Shown: one piece after another, positions 38,383 to 49,092 of the stretch | Layout of the letters: each line of letters begins with the position of its first letter | Position numbering within the stretch: position 1 is the stretch's first letter | Assembly (NCBI GenBank): GCA_021852275.1 | Contig: JAJZNX010000096.1 | Location: 1-57,989 of the forward strand | From: Planctomycetota bacterium | GTDB taxonomy: Bacteria; Planctomycetota; Phycisphaerae; WQYP01 | DNA length: 57,989 nt | Direction of reading: 5' to 3' | The notes under the pieces: model-generated | The model's database searches: none | What the model saw: only the letters and a program-made list of their open reading frames with translations | What the model was told of the DNA's origin: nothing | Position numbers and translations under genes: made by a program

Positions 38383-39658
38383 AGTCAGCGTATCTGGACG
38401 GGGACTTTTCACCAGCGAAGAGGTAACGGCGACGTTCCGACCTGCTCCTCCCGGTCACGGCGTTGTGTTTGTGCGCACGGATTTAGGCCGGGCGGTTCGC
38501 ATTCCGGCGTTGGTATCCAATATCACCAAACGGGCACGCCGCAGCAGCTTGCGCAACGGGGCCGATTCCATTGAGACCATTGAACATTGCATGTCCGCAC
38601 TTCACGGGCTTGGAATCGACAACATCATTGTTGAAGTCAGTGGCGGGGAAATGCCCGGTCTGGACGGATCTGCGATCCTGTATGTCAAGGCGCTTCAGGA
38701 AGCAGGGCTGGTCGAACAACCGGCGGAAAAGCAGTTTCTGAGAATCAGCGAACCCATTGAGGTGCGTGATGGAACCTCAACACTCATCGCCGCCCCGCCG
38801 GATGGAGATGAATTTCAGATCCTCTACAACCTGGATTATGGTATGCAGGGACCGATTGGCCGACAGCTTTTTTCCTTTAGCATGGGGGATGACTATACCT
38901 CCATACTTGCCCCGGCCCGCACCTTTGTACTGAAGCAGGAGGCCGAGGCTCTGCGTCAGCGTGGCCTGGGATTACATCTGAAGCCGGCAGATGTGCTGGT
39001 GCTGGATTCCAACGGGCCTATTGATACCGAATGGCGCTTTGCAGATGAATGTGTGCGCCACAAGGTACTGGATCTGCTTGGAGATCTGTACCTGTTGGGT
39101 TGTGGAATCCGCGGTAAGGTGATTGCCTATCGATCCGGTCATGCGCTCAATCACATGCTGGTGCGGCGCCTGTTGTCCATGCTTGATGCCCAGCGAAATA
39201 AGGCCCTTAGCCTGCTGGATCCGGTCATGGATGTGCGGGCCATTGCCAAAGTGCTGCCGCATCGCTATCCGATGTTGCTGGTAGATCGGGTGATTGAAAT
39301 TGACGCTGATCGGCGGGCGGTGGGCATTAAAAATGTCAGCATCAATGAGCAGTTTTTCCAAGGGCATTATCCAGGCACGCCGGTCATGCCTGGCGTACTC
39401 ATTGTTGAAGCCATGGCTCAGCTTTCCGGCCTGCTTTTATCACGCAAGCTTGAGCACACGGGCAAACTGGCACTGCTGCTGTCGATGGATAAAGTGAAAC
39501 TGCGGCGGCCAGTGGTGCCCGGCGATCAACTGGTTCTGGAAGCCCAAACCATCCGCGTCAAGGCTCGCACCGGTCATGTGCGCTGCCGGGCAATGGTGGG
39601 AGATCAACTGGCGGCGGAAGCCATCATTAAATTCATGCTGGTGGATGACGAAGCATAA
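38351..39658 (+). CDS. lpxC: Bifunctional LpxC-FabZ fusion
   Basis: LpxC motifs QKT, TIEH, DGSA, APARTF and RHKVLDLLGD, then FabZ motifs LPHRYPMLLVDR and FQGHYP...PGVL. Confidence 0.95.
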   Translation: MNPSQKTILHEVSVSGRGLFTSEEVTATFRPAPPGHGVVFVRTDLGRAVRIPALVSNITKRARRSSLRNGADSIETIEHCMSALHGLGIDNIIVEVSGGEMPGLDGSAILYVKALQEAGLVEQPAEKQFLRISEPIEVRDGTSTLIAAPPDGDEFQILYNLDYGMQGPIGRQLFSFSMGDDYTSILAPARTFVLKQEAEALRQRGLGLHLKPADVLVLDSNGPIDTEWRFADECVRHKVLDLLGDLYLLGCGIRGKVIAYRSGHALNHMLVRRLLSMLDAQRNKALSLLDPVMDVRAIAKVLPHRYPMLLVDRVIEIDADRRAVGIKNVSINEQFFQGHYPGTPVMPGVLIVEAMAQLSGLLLSRKLEHTGKLALLLSMDKVKLRRPVVPGDQLVLEAQTIRVKARTGHVRCRAMVGDQLAAEAIIKFMLVDDEA

Positions 39659-39762
39659 ACTGCAAAAAAGGCGGCCGCTCTCGCCGGTGCGGCCGGCCAA
39701 GGTGATAAGACCGACCGGCCACTGCTGACGCGTTTGTAATTTCAATAAAACAGCGAGATCAA

Positions 39763-40593
39763 ATGGCACAGATTCATCCCATGGCGGTAGTGGATAAACA
39801 GGCGGAACTGGCGGCCGATGTGGTAGTGGGACCTTTTGCCTACATAGGGCCGCACGTTCAATTGGGTACGGGCTGTGTGGTGGATCATCATGCGTCCATC
39901 GAGGGGCATACGAAAGCCGGCAAGGGAAATCATTTTTTCCCATATTGCCAAGTGGGTACGATTTCGCAGGACCTTAAGTATCGTGGCGGACCATGCCAGT
40001 TGGTGCTTGGTGATTTCAATGACATCCGCGAGCATGTAACGATTCATATCGGCACGGAAGACGGTGGCGGCCTCACCCGGGTCGGCAGCCATAACCTGTT
40101 GATGATCGGTATGCACGTGGCCCACGATTGCATCATCGGCGATTATTGCCAACTGGCTAATCAGGTATTACTGGCGGGCCACATTGTTGTGGAAGACCGG
40201 GCTGTGGTGGCAGGCGGAGTTGCCATTCATCATTTCGTTACGGTGGGCAGAAACTCATTTGTCGGCGGCACCTCGGGCGTGGTCCACGATGTGCCCCCGT
40301 TCATGGTGGTGAATGGCCATCCGGCGGAAGTCTGCGGATTTAACCGCACGGGCCTCCAGCGCAGCGGTTTCAGCGATGCATGTGTGGAAGCAATTCGCCA
40401 CTCCTATCGACTGCTCTTCAAAAAAGGTTCACCAGTAGCTGTGGCCTTGAAAGAGCTTGAGGGCCTTTATCCGGATGTACCCGAGGTGATGGAACTGGTG
40501 GCATTTATCCGGCGATCCAGCAGCGGAAAATTCGGACGTTACCGGGAATCCTTGCGAGAGAAAGCCTCCATGGATTCTCAGGATTCGACGTGA
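39763..40593 (+). CDS. lpxA: Acyl-ACP--UDP-N-acetylglucosamine acyltransferase
   Basis: IHPMAVV, QDLKY, IREHVTIH, HVAHDC, DVPPF. Confidence 0.95.
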   Translation: MAQIHPMAVVDKQAELAADVVVGPFAYIGPHVQLGTGCVVDHHASIEGHTKAGKGNHFFPYCQVGTISQDLKYRGGPCQLVLGDFNDIREHVTIHIGTEDGGGLTRVGSHNLLMIGMHVAHDCIIGDYCQLANQVLLAGHIVVEDRAVVAGGVAIHHFVTVGRNSFVGGTSGVVHDVPPFMVVNGHPAEVCGFNRTGLQRSGFSDACVEAIRHSYRLLFKKGSPVAVALKELEGLYPDVPEVMELVAFIRRSSSGKFGRYRESLREKASMDSQDST

Positions 40594-41669
40594 GCTATGT
40601 GAGTATGGGCATGATGGATGGTGATAAACAGACAAACGATACGAAGGTTGCGGTGGTCGGAGCGGGACGCATGGGTCGCCACCATGCCCGCAATTACCGC
40701 CAGATTCCACACTGCCGCCTGATTGCCGTGGTGGATGGCGACCCGGCCCGCGCCCAGGCTGCGGCGCAGGAGTTTGGATGTCGTGCGTATGGAACAGCCG
40801 CAGAACTGCTGGCTTCCGCGGAACGGCCGGATGCCGTGAGCATCGCCGTGCCGACAATTTATCATCGGTCGGTAGCGGAAGAATTTCTGGCCGGCGGCGT
40901 ACACATTCTGGTTGAAAAGCCGCTGGCCCCCACGCCGCTGGATGCCTGCGCCATCGTGGAACTGGCTCGGCACCGCGGCTGCGTGTTGCAAGTAGGCCAT
41001 TCGGAACGCTTTAATCCGGTGGTGCGGGCGCTGAATTCCTATCAACTACACCCGCAGTTTCTGGAGGTGCATCGCATCAGCCCGATGACTTTTCGCAGCA
41101 TTGATGTGGGAGTGGTGCTGGATATGATGATTCACGATATTGATATTGTGCATCACTTTGTCCGGTCGCCAGTGCAATCGGTAGCGGCGGTCGGGGTTTC
41201 GGTCATTGGCCGGTGTGAAGATGTAGCCAACGCGCGGTTGGTTTTTGCCAACGGTTGCGTCGCCAATCTTACTGCTTCGCGATTGGCCATGAAGACGGAG
41301 CGAAGGATGCGGCTGTTTAGTCCGGATGCCTACGTCAGTGTAGATTATCAAAAAAAATCCGGCGTGGTCATTCAGCGCCGTGCTAATGCGACGGAACTGG
41401 GAAAAATTCGGGAAAAGGTTCTCGCCGGTCAGATTGCAGATCTTTCAGACCTTAACTATCCGGACTTGGTAAACTATGATCAGCTTGCAGTGGATGACCG
41501 TGAGCCGCTGCGGGTGGAACTTGAATCGTTTCTGCATGCCATTCGCAATGCCAGCACCCCGGAAGTAACCGGAGAGGATGGTTGCGTGGCGGTAGAGGTG
41601 GCCACACGAATCATGGAATCTATTGCAGATCATCAACGCCATCTGCGCCCGGGGTCCACCTTTCCCTGA
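40590..41669 (+). CDS. Gfo/Idh/MocA oxidoreductase, GnnA-like (UDP-GlcNAc 3-dehydrogenase)
   Basis: GAGRMG, VEKP, QVGHSERFNP, DVGVVLDMMIHDID, ANLTASR; directly after lpxA. True start may be a few codons later. Confidence 0.8.
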   Translation: MSYVSMGMMDGDKQTNDTKVAVVGAGRMGRHHARNYRQIPHCRLIAVVDGDPARAQAAAQEFGCRAYGTAAELLASAERPDAVSIAVPTIYHRSVAEEFLAGGVHILVEKPLAPTPLDACAIVELARHRGCVLQVGHSERFNPVVRALNSYQLHPQFLEVHRISPMTFRSIDVGVVLDMMIHDIDIVHHFVRSPVQSVAAVGVSVIGRCEDVANARLVFANGCVANLTASRLAMKTERRMRLFSPDAYVSVDYQKKSGVVIQRRANATELGKIREKVLAGQIADLSDLNYPDLVNYDQLAVDDREPLRVELESFLHAIRNASTPEVTGEDGCVAVEVATRIMESIADHQRHLRPGSTFP

Positions 41670-41677
41670 CATCGGCG

Positions 41678-43036
41678 TTATTTCATCCAGTAAAGGGCCA
41701 CGGCCACCCGCGCTGTTTCCCTGATCATTTCGGCTACCGCAGTTCTTGAGGAATTGCTGTAAAGATGGCGGTAGTAGCGTCCCACAAGTTTGCGATACAG
41801 GCGCAGTCGCAGGGTTTTGGCGATCGCCCGCTGGGCAATGGAAAATGGTATCACCCGGTGCGGTGTAACCTTGGTCACGCGTATGATTTCCACCATATCC
41901 AGCCGCGGATTGCCCGGATTGGTAAGCAGCACCGGCGGAGCCATGGTATGGGGCTTGAGTGAAAAAGCAATTTTTTCGATCTGGGCATTGGTCAAACTGC
42001 CCCGGTGTGTGTGCGGCCAATGGCCGCCGTTATCCGCTTGCGGGTCTACGGAATTATCTTCAGCCAAGAATGCAAAACTGGCACCGTGACGCAGCCGCTC
42101 TTCCAGGTTTACGCAATAAGCGATGGCCTTGCGGCACGCCGCGGCAATCTGCGCCGGCGTCGGATGGGCAATGGGCTTCAGATGATTGGGATCATGGGGA
42201 TCTCTCGGCCACTGGCGTATGACCGGATAACTGATGGTGTACAAGTCGATGCTCGCGTGGCGCGTAAATTTGGACAGGTGCGTTTCGTAATACCGCAGGA
42301 TTTCCCGGCGTGTGACCACCATCTGCGGAAATGTCAAATTATTCAGATATATCTGAATGGTTACCTGTCGTCTGAGATGATATAGTTTTTTATCCAGCGT
42401 GGTGCCCGCCAACTTCAGTTCGCGGTTGGCCAAAGCCACGGAGCCCATGTACTGGTTGAGTATCTTTTCACGCTTGGCCTGTATATAAATTTTTATTCGT
42501 TGCCGGTCATCCTTGGAAAGCTGGCGACGAGCGGCGTTGTATAGCAACATGTTGCCGATTTTAGTATGAATTTCCGCATAAATGGTTTCCAAAGCCCGTT
42601 GCCTGAAAAAGTTTTTCGTCCGGCTGGTGGCAGCTTCGTGCTGCAACTCCGCAGAGATGGGGCGTATAATATCCTGCACAAAAAGCGGGTGACCATTGAC
42701 GGTGCCCAAAAGTGCAGCCACCGACAAGGGATGTCCGGGTGAAACTTGCGCCGATAGCGGCTCTGATTTCACCACCACCTTGGCGGGGTGACCAGGTAAA
42801 GGGCTTACGGATTGCGTGGCGGCGGGTGTCGTTGAGGGATGGCCGGAGGTACCTGCTGATCCGCCGTGCTGCGATGGCCTGATCGTGGCATTCCTTGTTG
42901 TAGCAGTTACCGGCGGTGCCGACTTGGGAATAAATGCCTGCGTCGAGATAGTCGCCTTGTGTTGTGGATGAATCCATCCACAACCTACCGGTAACATCAA
43001 CATGAATCCCAGTAGTCCGAATCGAATTGAACTCAT
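41678..43036 (-). CDS. SurA/PrsA-like parvulin peptidyl-prolyl isomerase lipoprotein
   Basis: Lipobox LPVGC, VNGHPL, SFAFLAEDNSVD..NGG, IEKIAFSLK. Start trimmed to ATG 43036 to remove the overlap with ribF. Confidence 0.78.
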   Translation of the reverse strand: MSSIRFGLLGFMLMLPVGCGWIHPQHKATISTQAFIPKSAPPVTATTRNATIRPSQHGGSAGTSGHPSTTPAATQSVSPLPGHPAKVVVKSEPLSAQVSPGHPLSVAALLGTVNGHPLFVQDIIRPISAELQHEAATSRTKNFFRQRALETIYAEIHTKIGNMLLYNAARRQLSKDDRQRIKIYIQAKREKILNQYMGSVALANRELKLAGTTLDKKLYHLRRQVTIQIYLNNLTFPQMVVTRREILRYYETHLSKFTRHASIDLYTISYPVIRQWPRDPHDPNHLKPIAHPTPAQIAAACRKAIAYCVNLEERLRHGASFAFLAEDNSVDPQADNGGHWPHTHRGSLTNAQIEKIAFSLKPHTMAPPVLLTNPGNPRLDMVEIIRVTKVTPHRVIPFSIAQRAIAKTLRLRLYRKLVGRYYRHLYSNSSRTAVAEMIRETARVAVALYWMK

Positions 43037-43213
43037 TGTTTGTTTCACGTTCACCTGATGTTCATGGGTGTTAAGGCAGTTTTCACGGATCGCCGTTTCG
43101 CCGGGCATATTGGAACACAAAACTGTCCCAAATACAAAGCGCAAGGCCAGCAGCTCCCCGGTTCCAAGAGAGCGAGGCTGGCCATTTTTCAGGCTTTTTG
43201 TATACTTTTTGCC

Positions 43214-44245
43214 ATGTCCGTCGTTTGCGATCTTGAAAGCTTTTCCCCGGCTGCCCGCGGCGGCGTACTTTGTATCGGAAATTTTGACGGTGTGCATCGC
43301 GGGCACGCCCGTATGTTAGCCTGCGGCCGAACGCTGGCCACCCAGTGCGGCCGGCCATTTGTCATGATGACTTTTGCGATTCATCCGCTGTCCATTCTTA
43401 CACCCAAAACGGCCCCTCCTTCCTTGATGACTCTGAACCAGCGGTTGGAACTGCTGCAAAGCTTTTCTCCGGATACCATCATTTTACTCCAACCAGACCC
43501 GCAATTTCTCGCTATGGCTGCTGAAACATTCCTGCACGAAGTGGTTGTGTCCACCATTGGAGCGAAGCATATGGTGGAAGGTCCCAGTTTTACTTTTGGC
43601 TGCGGAGCCGCGGGCGACGTTGCCATGTTGGAAAAGCAACATGCCGCCTATGGCTTTGACTTCACGGTGGTGCCCACAGTGGCAACCACCTTGGCCGATC
43701 TTACCGAGGTAACCGTCAGCAGTTCGCTGTGCCGCTGGCTTATCACCCATGGTCGCGTACAAGATGCTGCCCAACTGCTGGGTCGCCCGTATACTCTGCG
43801 TTCTGTGGTGATACATGGCCAGGGTCGTGGGAAAAAAATGGGTTATCCCACTGTAAATCTGGCGGTACAACAATTGCTTCCGGCGCAAGGTGTTTACGCT
43901 GGAAGAGCGCTGGTGGCCGGTTGCTGGTACCCAGCGGCCATCTCCGTAGGCACCAATTCCACTTTTGGTCAGCACCAGGTTTCGGTGGAGGCCTTTCTCC
44001 TGGACTTTTCCGGGGATATTTATGAGGCCTCAATCGACTTGGCATTTGATCAATGGATTCGCGATCAACAATCATTCGCCGGCATGGAACCGCTTCAGCG
44101 TCGCATTACTCTGGATGTGCAGACCGTCCGCCATGTGCATGAAAAGTTCAAGCCGATCCGGGCAATATCCGATGTGAACCACATGCCACCGGGCCAAGCC
44201 GTTCCGGCACCAGCGGCAATACTCTGCCAGGGGCAACAATCATGA
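43214..44245 (+). CDS. ribF: Bifunctional riboflavin kinase/FAD synthetase
   Basis: IGNFDGVHRGH, VSSS, GRGKKMGYPTVN, GVYA, VEAFLLDF. Confidence 0.95.
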   Translation: MSVVCDLESFSPAARGGVLCIGNFDGVHRGHARMLACGRTLATQCGRPFVMMTFAIHPLSILTPKTAPPSLMTLNQRLELLQSFSPDTIILLQPDPQFLAMAAETFLHEVVVSTIGAKHMVEGPSFTFGCGAAGDVAMLEKQHAAYGFDFTVVPTVATTLADLTEVTVSSSLCRWLITHGRVQDAAQLLGRPYTLRSVVIHGQGRGKKMGYPTVNLAVQQLLPAQGVYAGRALVAGCWYPAAISVGTNSTFGQHQVSVEAFLLDFSGDIYEASIDLAFDQWIRDQQSFAGMEPLQRRITLDVQTVRHVHEKFKPIRAISDVNHMPPGQAVPAPAAILCQGQQS

Positions 44246-45288
44246 CCTGCGAATTCCGTTCTCCGGCCGCAATTCATGCTGATTTAAGCACGCTGGCCGA
44301 CCGCCTGAAGCTTGCCAGAACCGTGGCTATCTTTACGCACATGCGTCCCGATCCGGATGCTATTGGCTCACAGGTTGCTGCCGGGTTGGCACTGCACGCA
44401 CTGGGCATAACGCCCACCCTGGTGGATCTTTCGCCCGTTCCACCGTCTCTGGCCTTTTTATACCCCGTCCAGCCGATCCTTGAACGTATCTCGCTGACGG
44501 CGGAAATATCCCAATTTCCACCGCGAGAATTTGATCTTATCCTGATCCTCGACACCTGTACTAAGGCCCAGCTTGAACGGGCGTGGCCGTATCTGGAATG
44601 CCGCAAAGAAAAAATTCTGGTGTTGGATCATCATCGCACACGCGATACCATTGGCCGCCTCATTATGGCGGATGTCTCGGCTGCGGCGTGCACAGAATTG
44701 GTGGCTGATCTGGTTGATGCTCTGGGGATCGGTCTGACTCAGGATATAAGCACCGCGCTGCTGGCGGGACTAGCGGCTGATACCGGCTGGTTTCGCTTTG
44801 ACAGCGTCACCCCGCGGTCCTACGCATTGGCAGCGCGGCTGGTAGCAGCCGGCGCAGCACCGTCGCAGATTTACCAGAACCTCTCACAGCGGGAATCCAT
44901 GGCGAAGTTGGCTCTAATTCAGCACGCCTTGACCAATCTGACCTGGCTGGCCAATGGGATCATTGCCCTGATGGAACTCTCGCAGATGGATTTTGCCGCC
45001 ACCGGCGCTGCCTCATTCGAAACCGACGGTCTTACGGACTACCCCATGATGGTTTCAACCACCATGATTGTCGCTTTGCTAAGTGAAGCGCCCGATGGCA
45101 TCATTCGAGTTAACCTGCGCAGTAAGCATACGATTGATGTCAGTATGATTGCCGCCGGCTTTGGTGGCGGTGGACACATGCGCGCCGCCGGTTGCCGGTT
45201 ACCTGGTCCAATGCCGTCCGCTCGTGAGGCGATATCCATGAGCCTGTTGAATGCCCTGCGCCAGGTTCCGGATCAAGCAGCACTATAA
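44242..45288 (+). CDS. nrnA: DHH/DHHA1 phosphoesterase (NrnA-like nanoRNase/pAp phosphatase)
   Basis: HMRPDPDAIGS, LDHH, DTGWF, NLRS, GGGGHMRAAG. Confidence 0.88.
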   Translation: MTCEFRSPAAIHADLSTLADRLKLARTVAIFTHMRPDPDAIGSQVAAGLALHALGITPTLVDLSPVPPSLAFLYPVQPILERISLTAEISQFPPREFDLILILDTCTKAQLERAWPYLECRKEKILVLDHHRTRDTIGRLIMADVSAAACTELVADLVDALGIGLTQDISTALLAGLAADTGWFRFDSVTPRSYALAARLVAAGAAPSQIYQNLSQRESMAKLALIQHALTNLTWLANGIIALMELSQMDFAATGAASFETDGLTDYPMMVSTTMIVALLSEAPDGIIRVNLRSKHTIDVSMIAAGFGGGGHMRAAGCRLPGPMPSAREAISMSLLNALRQVPDQAAL

Positions 45289-45398
45289 AGCGACCTCTCG
45301 CATCGCATGACATCGAGCTTCAGCATCAGGCTTTTGCCGATGCCATTGTGCCGCATTGCAGGATTCTGCAGTCAAGTCATTGCCGCTACGCTTTTAGC

Positions 45399-46379
45399 TT
45401 ATTGCCTCCAAGCCTGTCCGAGGTAACGCGGACCAGGACTGCTGCGGGAAAGCGTAGCCAGAGCCAACAAAGCCACCACGTAGGGCAGCATCTGAAAAAA
45501 TTCGAAAGGAATGTACTGCAATGCATGCATCAAGGTGGAATGGCTGGTGTAGCGCGTGGTCTGCAGGGTTTGCTGCAGGCTGTTGATGCCGCCGAAGAGC
45601 AGACATCCTGCAATGAGGCCGGGAATAGTCCATCGCCCGAAAATCACCAGCGAAAGCACCACAAATCCCTGCCCTCCGGTCATGTCGCTGGCAAAAGCAT
45701 GGGTGCGCATAATACTTAAATAAGCACCTGCGGCACCGGCACAAGCCCCCGCGAAGAGTACGGCTCCGGTCCTCCATGTTCGCACCGAGATTCCAGCGGC
45801 TTGACAGGCCTCCGGAGCATCGCCCAAAGCCCGTAAAATGGCTCCGGTGCGGGTATGGTGCAAAAGTAACCAGATCAACACTGCCAAAATTATTGCGGCA
45901 TAGAACAGCATGTATTGATCAAAGAGCATCGGTCCGAAAAACGGAATCCGGGATAACCCCGGAATGGCCTCACTTTGAAAACCAACATGTCGCCCCAAAC
46001 TCACCGATCGATGGGCCGCTTCCCGTGCATTTTGATAAAAGAACCAGGCCAGGCCGCTGGCCCCCACAGCCAGAATATTCACCGCGGCACCGGCGACAAT
46101 TTGATCTGCGGCAGCCCAGACGGTGACGCCGGCAAAAACCGCGGCGGTGCCCATACCCACAAGAATCGCGGCCCCCAGACCCACCCCACCGCTGCCGCTG
46201 ATGCCTGCCGCGGCATAGCCGGCAATGCAGCCCATCAGCATCAAGCCTTCAATACCAATGTTGATCACGCCGGTCACTTCGGCCAGGAGTTCGCCCAATC
46301 CGGCCATAATCAGCGGTGTGGCGGCTTGCACGGTTTGCCGCGCAAGAAAAGTGCCCAGGCTTTCGCCGATGATATTCAC
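45399..46379 (-). CDS. Nucleoside/simple-sugar ABC transporter permease 2
   Basis: GVINIGIEG, GDAPEA, GQGFV, MLPY; GTG start overlaps the upstream stop. Confidence 0.88.
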   Translation of the reverse strand: MNIIGESLGTFLARQTVQAATPLIMAGLGELLAEVTGVINIGIEGLMLMGCIAGYAAAGISGSGGVGLGAAILVGMGTAAVFAGVTVWAAADQIVAGAAVNILAVGASGLAWFFYQNAREAAHRSVSLGRHVGFQSEAIPGLSRIPFFGPMLFDQYMLFYAAIILAVLIWLLLHHTRTGAILRALGDAPEACQAAGISVRTWRTGAVLFAGACAGAAGAYLSIMRTHAFASDMTGGQGFVVLSLVIFGRWTIPGLIAGCLLFGGINSLQQTLQTTRYTSHSTLMHALQYIPFEFFQMLPYVVALLALATLSRSSPGPRYLGQAWRQ

Positions 46380-47566
46380 GATTGCACCTGCTGCGGGTCC
46401 GCGGGGTTCTGGTTTACGCCGGCTTCCGGCGATCGAACACGACTGCCACGGCGCATCATCCACGCGGAAGCCACCAGCATGGCCAGAATAATCACCCCTT
46501 TAACCACATTGGCCATCTGGTGTGGCAGAGCCAGAGAACTTTCTTCAACAAAGCGCGAGCCGGTGTCCAACATTCCAAAAAACACCGCAGCAATGGCAAT
46601 TCCGATAGGGTTGAGTCTGCCGAGCAAGGCAACCGCAATACCCGTGTACCCATAGTTGCCGAAATTGCCGAGCATGAAATGCGTAACGCCCAGCACTTGT
46701 ACTGCCCCGCCCAAGCCGGCACAGCATCCACTTAAAAACATAATTGCAAACTGCCGCCGCACCACCGGCATACCCACCAGTCTGGCAACTCGCGGATTGA
46801 GTCCCGTAATCAGTAACTCAAAGCCGAAATTCGTGCGACCCAACACAACCGCCATCGCCACCGCCACGGCAAAGGCCAACGGTATACCCAAATGAAAGTC
46901 AGTATTGGTGATTAAAATAGGCAACCAATAGATAATTTTAAGTTGCGGACTTTGTGGTGCGGATGTGTCCGCAGCTTGCAGCGGCCCATGCAAAGCAGCA
47001 CGAACCAGATACAGGGCCACAAAATTGAGTAAAATGGTGGAAAGTACGACAGGAACGCCACGGTAGCGCTCCAGCACACTGGCCAGCAAAGCCCACATTC
47101 CACCGGCAATACATGCCGCTGCCATGGCCCCCACTATCACGCACCAGAAAGGACCGGGAAAAATAACACGCGTTGTCAGCGCGACACTGACCAGTGCTCC
47201 CAGTAAAAATTGGCCTTGCGCACCGATATTCAGTACGCCGGAACGAAATGCCACCCCCGCCGCCAAACCCGTCAGCAAAAGCGGACATGCATCCGCCATG
47301 CTTGCGGCCAAGTTGAAACGGTTCCCCGCAGCGCCGATGATCCAGCGATGTAAAATGCCCAGCGCTGGATAACCGCTAATTGCCAAAATCGCCAGGACCA
47401 GTAACACGCTGAACGCTACCGCTCCCATGGCCATAGCCGTCCACAGCCAAAACATCTTCCGTCCGCTCCGCGCGCCATATCGTGCGGACTGAAACTGCAT
47501 ACTATTCACAGTTGGTGGTGGCACAGATGGGTCCAAAGGCAGGCTCCAGATACTGATTCTGATCAT
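46376..47566 (-). CDS. Nucleoside/simple-sugar ABC transporter permease 1
   Basis: PLLLTGLA, LNIGAQGQ, STILLN, GYTGIAVALLG; ATG overlaps the ATPase stop. Confidence 0.88.
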   Translation of the reverse strand: MIRISIWSLPLDPSVPPPTVNSMQFQSARYGARSGRKMFWLWTAMAMGAVAFSVLLVLAILAISGYPALGILHRWIIGAAGNRFNLAASMADACPLLLTGLAAGVAFRSGVLNIGAQGQFLLGALVSVALTTRVIFPGPFWCVIVGAMAAACIAGGMWALLASVLERYRGVPVVLSTILLNFVALYLVRAALHGPLQAADTSAPQSPQLKIIYWLPILITNTDFHLGIPLAFAVAVAMAVVLGRTNFGFELLITGLNPRVARLVGMPVVRRQFAIMFLSGCCAGLGGAVQVLGVTHFMLGNFGNYGYTGIAVALLGRLNPIGIAIAAVFFGMLDTGSRFVEESSLALPHQMANVVKGVIILAMLVASAWMMRRGSRVRSPEAGVNQNPADPQQVQS

Positions 47567-49074
47567 GCAGCTTGAGGTGTGATACCCATCATCATTCGAC
47601 CAATGGCCGCGCGATCTACCACAGGCCATTTTGTAGGCAATAATTGGCCAGCGTACATCACCATGACACGGTCACTGATTGCCAGTAGTTCGTCAAGATC
47701 GCTGTGAATCAGCAGGACTGCGGCCCCCCGCTGGCGTGCGGCGGTCAATTGTTGCAAAACAAACGCGGTGGCTCCGATATCCAGCCCGCGCGTTGGATTG
47801 ATGGCCAGAATAACCGGTGGATTGCCGTACAATTCGCGGGCAATAAGAGCCTTTTGCTGATTACCACCGGAAAGGAATTGGATAGGTACCTCCACCCCGG
47901 CACAGCGAATATCAAAAGACCTTACAAGCTTGGTTGCCTGAGCCCGCCACGCTGTCACATGGCGCAGACCCAATCGCGTAAATTCCGGATTGCGGTAGCT
48001 GCGTAACATCAGGTTGGCGGTAAGCGAAAGCGACAGCACCAGGCCCTGGCCTTGCCGATCTTCAGGAATGCAGGCAAACTGTCTGGCTCGACGAAAGTTG
48101 GCCAGATGGCTCAGATCGCTACCATCCAGTGTGATAACTCCGCTGGAAATCGGCAGTGAACCCATAATAACGTCAATCAACGTCGTCTGCCCATTGCCCT
48201 CAACACCGGCAATCCCGACAATTTCACCGGCCCGCACGGACAATTCAATGTTGTTCAGCAGGGGCTTGTACTTGCGAGTGCCGGGCAATGTACAGCACAC
48301 CCGGCTTAGATGCAGACGGACCAGTCCGGGCGACGCAGACGATGCCCCCAGGCTCGACAATGCGCTTGGTGCCCCCAACATGCGCTGTGCAATATCTTCG
48401 GCGGAGAGTTCGCCCATCGGCCCGGCAAAAACCAGTTCGCCGCGCCGCAAAACCGCAATACGGTCACACATGCGATTGACCTCGGAAAGTTTATGGCTGA
48501 TGAAAATTACGGTAATGCCGGTGCGGGCCAGGCTGCGGACGGCGGGAATCAACTCATCTACTTCCTGCGGCGTTAAGACGGCCGTCGGTTCATCCAGAAT
48601 GAGAATTTTACCACCACCCAGCAAGGCCTTGATAATTTCAACCCGCTGTTGCTGGCCGACATTCAATTGTCCTACAACACTATCCGGATCGACAGCCCAA
48701 TGCAGGCTGCGGGCCAGTGCAGCAATACGATCTCGAAAAGCGGCCCGATGCAACAGAACAAAATTGCGGCCAACGGCCAAAGCCAGGTTGTCTGTAACAC
48801 TCAACGCCGGTGAGAGCTTAAAATGCTGATGCACCATACCAATTCCGAGCCGCTGCGCCACACGCGGTGAACGCACAACGACAGCCTGCCCGTTAAGACG
48901 GATTTGCCCCCGGTCCGGACGAATCAGGCCGAAGAGAATATTCATCAGCGTGGTTTTACCGGCCCCATTTTCTCCAAGTATGCCCTGCACAGAGCCGGGA
49001 GCAACGGCCAGCGATACATTGTTCAAGGCCTGCACGCCGCCGAAGGCTTTACTGACGTTTTCAATGGACAGCAT
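47563..49074 (-). CDS. ABC transporter ATP-binding protein (CUT2 type, two NBDs)
   Basis: GENGAGKTT, LDEPT, LSGGNQQK, PTRGLD. Confidence 0.95.
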   Translation of the reverse strand: MLSIENVSKAFGGVQALNNVSLAVAPGSVQGILGENGAGKTTLMNILFGLIRPDRGQIRLNGQAVVVRSPRVAQRLGIGMVHQHFKLSPALSVTDNLALAVGRNFVLLHRAAFRDRIAALARSLHWAVDPDSVVGQLNVGQQQRVEIIKALLGGGKILILDEPTAVLTPQEVDELIPAVRSLARTGITVIFISHKLSEVNRMCDRIAVLRRGELVFAGPMGELSAEDIAQRMLGAPSALSSLGASSASPGLVRLHLSRVCCTLPGTRKYKPLLNNIELSVRAGEIVGIAGVEGNGQTTLIDVIMGSLPISSGVITLDGSDLSHLANFRRARQFACIPEDRQGQGLVLSLSLTANLMLRSYRNPEFTRLGLRHVTAWRAQATKLVRSFDIRCAGVEVPIQFLSGGNQQKALIARELYGNPPVILAINPTRGLDIGATAFVLQQLTAARQRGAAVLLIHSDLDELLAISDRVMVMYAGQLLPTKWPVVDRAAIGRMMMGITPQAA

Positions 49075-49092
49075 GAATTCACCACTTTCGGT

